Source: Alphaproteobacteria bacterium (GTDB lineage Bacteria > Pseudomonadota > Alphaproteobacteria > UBA2966). From it: a stretch of 64,000 nt of DNA. How positions within the stretch are numbered: the first letter of the stretch is position 1; the number at the start of each line of letters is the position of its first letter. Below the pieces are notes generated by a model that saw nothing but the letters and a program-made list of their open reading frames with translations, was not told the DNA's origin and did not search any database. This document shows positions 60,855 through 64,000 of this stretch, in pieces. The position numbers and the translations under genes are program-made. Location of the stretch: assembly GCA_964291395.2 (NCBI GenBank), contig OZ219856.1, positions 1,152,001-1,216,000 of the forward strand. Direction: 5' to 3'.

Positions 60855-62367
60855 CCCGGCTCCCGACGCCCACGTTCGGGAATTGCCGTCTGGAATTGCC
60901 GACGCCTGGCGGCGGCAGGCCGTCATCGACATCGGGTCGAACTCGGTTCGGCTGGTCGTCTTCGAAGGTCTGGTGCGAGCCCCGCTTCCTATCTTCAACG
61001 AGCGTGTCTTGTGCGGCATCGGCAGAGACCTTGCGGATACCGGTGCGTTGCACGAGGACGGTGTTGACCTGGCCCTCTCCACGATCGAGCGGTTCGTCGC
61101 AATATCACGCGAGATCGGCGCGGGCTTTCCCGAAGCGGTTGCGACCGCGGCGGTGAGGGAGGCGGCGAACGGGCGGGAATTCGTTGCCCGCGTGCGCGAA
61201 ACGTGCGGTTTGGAGGTACGCGTTCTGTCCGGGATTGATGAAGCGCGCCTGTCGGCATTGGGGGCCATGTCGGCAATCCCCGATGCTGACGGGGTCATGG
61301 GTGATCTGGGAGGCGGCAGCCTGGAACTGGTCGTGCTGAATTCGGGCGAGATAGGGGACAGCGTGACGCTGCCGCTGGGGGCGCTGCGGTTGATGGGTCT
61401 CACGCCCGAAGAGCGCATCGCCGTGATCGATCAAGCCCTCGACGAAGTAACTTGGCTTAACAAACTGAAAAAAAGGAATTTTTACGGAGTGGGCGGTGCT
61501 TGGCGCTCACTGGCGCGCATTCACATGGCGCAGCGTGAGTATCCGCTGCGAATCGTTCACCAGTACCAGATCACTCGGGGGGAAGCGAACACCCTGGCGG
61601 GGGTGATTTCCGGCTTGAGCCTCGACTCTCTGGCAAGAATCGAAGGCGTGAACAGGCGCCGGCTGGAGTCGCTTCCCGGTGCCGCCGCCGTCCTCTCCAG
61701 AACCTTGCGCCGCTTACGACCGGGACGGGTCATGTTCCTGGCTGGCGGACTTCGCGAGGGTTTGCTGCAGCAACATCTGTCGGAAGAGGTTCGGGGCGAA
61801 GATCCATTGATCAGTCAGTGCAGGGCGTTCGCGGTTCGCACCTCGCGGTTCGGGGATACGGGAGACGAGCTGGCAGACTGGATGGCTCCCTTGTTCGATG
61901 AAGAAAGCCCGGAAGATGGCCGGTTGCGCCTGGCGGCCTGCCTGCTGTCCGACGTCGCTTGGCGCGCGCACCCCAGCTACCGCGCGGCGCGGGCATTCGA
62001 AGAGGTGTTTCAAGCGCCCGTTGTCGGAATAGACCACGCCGGACGCGCATTCATCGCGCTCGCCATTCACGCGCGATACAACGGCACGGGCGACGCGCCG
62101 GTTACGGAACCCGCGCGGACTCTTGTCGAACAGGCGATTGTCGAGCAGGCGAAGCTCGTCGGGGTCTCGCTCCGTCTGGGGCTCACGCTTTCCGGCGGCG
62201 CCCCCGGCGTTTTGGCGCGAACGAGACTGGAAAGGAGTGCCGGCGAAGTGACGCTTCATATGCGCCGCGAGGATTCGCATCTCAACAGCGAACTTGTCGA
62301 GAGAAGGTTGGCTTCCGTCGCGCGGTGTCTGGACCTGGCTCCACGGTGCCGGATTAGAGGTCGTTAG
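60835..62367 (+). CDS. ppx: Exopolyphosphatase Ppx/GppA family
   Basis: [29 protein letters not shown]. Confidence 0.93.
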   Translation: MSSTTIDPAPDAHVRELPSGIADAWRRQAVIDIGSNSVRLVVFEGLVRAPLPIFNERVLCGIGRDLADTGALHEDGVDLALSTIERFVAISREIGAGFPEAVATAAVREAANGREFVARVRETCGLEVRVLSGIDEARLSALGAMSAIPDADGVMGDLGGGSLELVVLNSGEIGDSVTLPLGALRLMGLTPEERIAVIDQALDEVTWLNKLKKRNFYGVGGAWRSLARIHMAQREYPLRIVHQYQITRGEANTLAGVISGLSLDSLARIEGVNRRRLESLPGAAAVLSRTLRRLRPGRVMFLAGGLREGLLQQHLSEEVRGEDPLISQCRAFAVRTSRFGDTGDELADWMAPLFDEESPEDGRLRLAACLLSDVAWRAHPSYRAARAFEEVFQAPVVGIDHAGRAFIALAIHARYNGTGDAPVTEPARTLVEQAIVEQAKLVGVSLRLGLTLSGGAPGVLARTRLERSAGEVTLHMRREDSHLNSELVERRLASVARCLDLAPRCRIRGR

Positions 62368-62404
62368 CAGGCTGTTGCAGCGAACGGTAGCATCGGAACC
62401 TTCT

Positions 62405-63574
62405 CTATGCCGAGCTGCCGTCCGGGTCCGTGCTGATCAACCGGACACCGTTCGAATCGGCCGTCAAGGCCACCTCGCCTCGTTTCAGTCGTAGCGCGTC
62501 TTTTCCGAAGATCTCGTGACGCCAACCCGTCAGAGGCGGGATCTCGCGCTCGCCGCCCGCTGCAATGCGCTCGAGATCGTCGACTGTCGCGACCAGTTTC
62601 TGTGCCACGCCGTGTTCTTCGCACTTCGCCTTGAGAAGCACCTTGAGAAGGTCGACGATCGGACCCTTGCCCTTGTTGGGGCGAGACCGGGCTTGCGGTC
62701 TCGGGAGCTCTTCTTCGGGCATCGACATGACTTCCGACACGATACGCAGGATTGCCTGACCGTTCGCTTGCGTTGCCGCACCTCTCGGGAAATTGCGCAA
62801 GCGCTGGAAGTCCGCAATGTTCTTTGGAGGATGCGCGGCGATCTCCGTGAGAGCCTGGTCGCGAAGTATTCGATTCCGTGGAATGTTTCGTGATTGCGCT
62901 TCGCGTTCACGCCAGGCCGCGATTTCCCGCAGCATGGCCATGTGGCGCGGCTTGGCGCTGCGACTTCTAAGTCTCCGCCAAGCCTCCTCCGGCAGATTGG
63001 CGTAGGTGTTCGGGTTGATGAGCACTGCAAGTTCTTCGGTGAGCCATTGTTCGCGGCCCGACTCCCGCACCCGCCGCTCGAGTTCAGTGTAAACGTCGCG
63101 GAGGTGAACCACGTCGTCGAGGGCATACTGAATCTGTCGCCTGGTCAAAGGGCGGCGGGACCAGTTGGAGAGCCGGGATGATTTGTCGATGGTGTGGCCG
63201 AGCAGTCGCTGGACGAGGGTGTCATATCCCACGGCGTCGCCGAAACCGCAGACCATCGCGGCAAGCTGGGTGTCGAAAAGGGGCGACGGCATGGCTTCCC
63301 CAAGTTGGTAGAAGATCTCGACATCTTGGCGTGCGGCATGGAACACCTTGAGCACGTTCTCGTCCGTCAGAATCTCAAGAAAGGGTTTCAGCTCGAGATC
63401 CTGGCTTAACGGATCGATCGCGATCGCCTCGTCCTCGCTGGCCACCTGTATGAGGCAGATCTGGGGCCAGTAGGTGTTGTCTCGTATGAACTCGGTATCG
63501 ACTGTGATGTAGTCGACGCCCCGAAGCCGTTGACAAGCGGATACCAAATCGGAGGTGCGGGTGACTACGTTCAT
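62405..63574 (-). CDS. rnd: Ribonuclease D
   Basis: VDTEF, KVFHAARQD, FDTQ, YALDDV, HRDC-like region, GWR. Confidence 0.94.
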   Translation of the reverse strand: MNVVTRTSDLVSACQRLRGVDYITVDTEFIRDNTYWPQICLIQVASEDEAIAIDPLSQDLELKPFLEILTDENVLKVFHAARQDVEIFYQLGEAMPSPLFDTQLAAMVCGFGDAVGYDTLVQRLLGHTIDKSSRLSNWSRRPLTRRQIQYALDDVVHLRDVYTELERRVRESGREQWLTEELAVLINPNTYANLPEEAWRRLRSRSAKPRHMAMLREIAAWREREAQSRNIPRNRILRDQALTEIAAHPPKNIADFQRLRNFPRGAATQANGQAILRIVSEVMSMPEEELPRPQARSRPNKGKGPIVDLLKVLLKAKCEEHGVAQKLVATVDDLERIAAGGEREIPPLTGWRHEIFGKDALRLKRGEVALTADSNGVRLISTDPDGSSA

Positions 63575-63802
63575 GACCAAATCAATGTCCTTTGACATAC
63601 CGGTATCGGAAGCATAGAGAGATTTACGCGTCTGCGCCCGCACACACCGATATTTGCCGCAGCCTTGACAGGTCTGGTTGTCCATGCGCTTTTGCGCCGC
63701 GCCAACCGATTCCTGCGGTTTTCCCGTACGTCGGGGTCACATGGGCCGTGCCGCGATGTGATCCTGTCCCGATGCGCTCATTGGACGGCCTGAAGAATTT
63801 GA

Positions 63803-64000
63803 ATGCACAGATACCGGACACATACTTGCGGAGAACTTCGGGAGTCCGACGTCGGAACGACGACGAGAGTTTCCGGCTGGGTTCATCGAAAACGAGACCA
63901 TGGGAACCTGCTGTTCATCGATTTGCGGGACCACTACGGGATTACCCAGTGCGTCGTGGAGACCGGTGAGAAAGCGTTTGGCGCCGCCGACGGAGTCCGA
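63803..64000 (+). CDS. aspS: Aspartate-tRNA ligase (5' part, runs off the window)
   Basis: [39 protein letters not shown], translated by hand. Confidence 0.93.
   Translation, partial: MHRYRTHTCGELRESDVGTTTRVSGWVHRKRDHGNLLFIDLRDHYGITQCVVETGEKAFGAADGVR

Noticed and set aside
1-64000. CRISPR array, rRNA, tRNA, prophage or integrase
   Set aside because: No regularly spaced repeats, RNA-gene signatures or phage/integrase proteins were seen by eye; a tRNAscan/Infernal run would be needed to exclude small RNAs.

Overview
GC-rich alphaproteobacterial (Rhodospirillales-like, inferred from gene order and protein style) window with three parts. (1) 1-11.9 kb: a proteusin/NHLP RiPP cluster. It has an NHLM-type ABC exporter, an NHLP precursor with the 5-residue core LCCCW, a flavin-dependent Trp halogenase and outer-membrane export genes. 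From my recall of the literature this matches the sponge-microbiome srp cluster. It also encodes an NHLP-leader::class II terpene-cyclase-like fusion protein and a possible ABBA-prenyltransferase-like protein. The YcaO cyclodehydratase survives only as a frameshifted C-terminal stub, behind an IS3 remnant and four unrelated catabolic genes. (2) 12.2-39.3 kb: an accessory catabolic region (enolase-superfamily enzyme, hydantoinase A/B, OYE, SDRs, two Rieske oxygenases, Pot-type ABC transporter, DUF1116, three tandem amidases), plus a SET-domain protein, a GSU2403-type nucleotidyltransferase and small unannotated elements. (3) 39.4-64 kb: core genes rsmA-pdxA-surA-lptDGF, pepA-holC-ndk, purNM, DUF2066-pgsA-like-AI-2E-hdaA, an inserted GcvT::GcvH-like fusion, ppk1-ppx, rnd and partial aspS. 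Single-base frameshifts in lptD and rsmA suggest indel errors in the assembly. I saw no rRNA, tRNA or CRISPR array. All calls come from motif recognition by eye; no searches were run.
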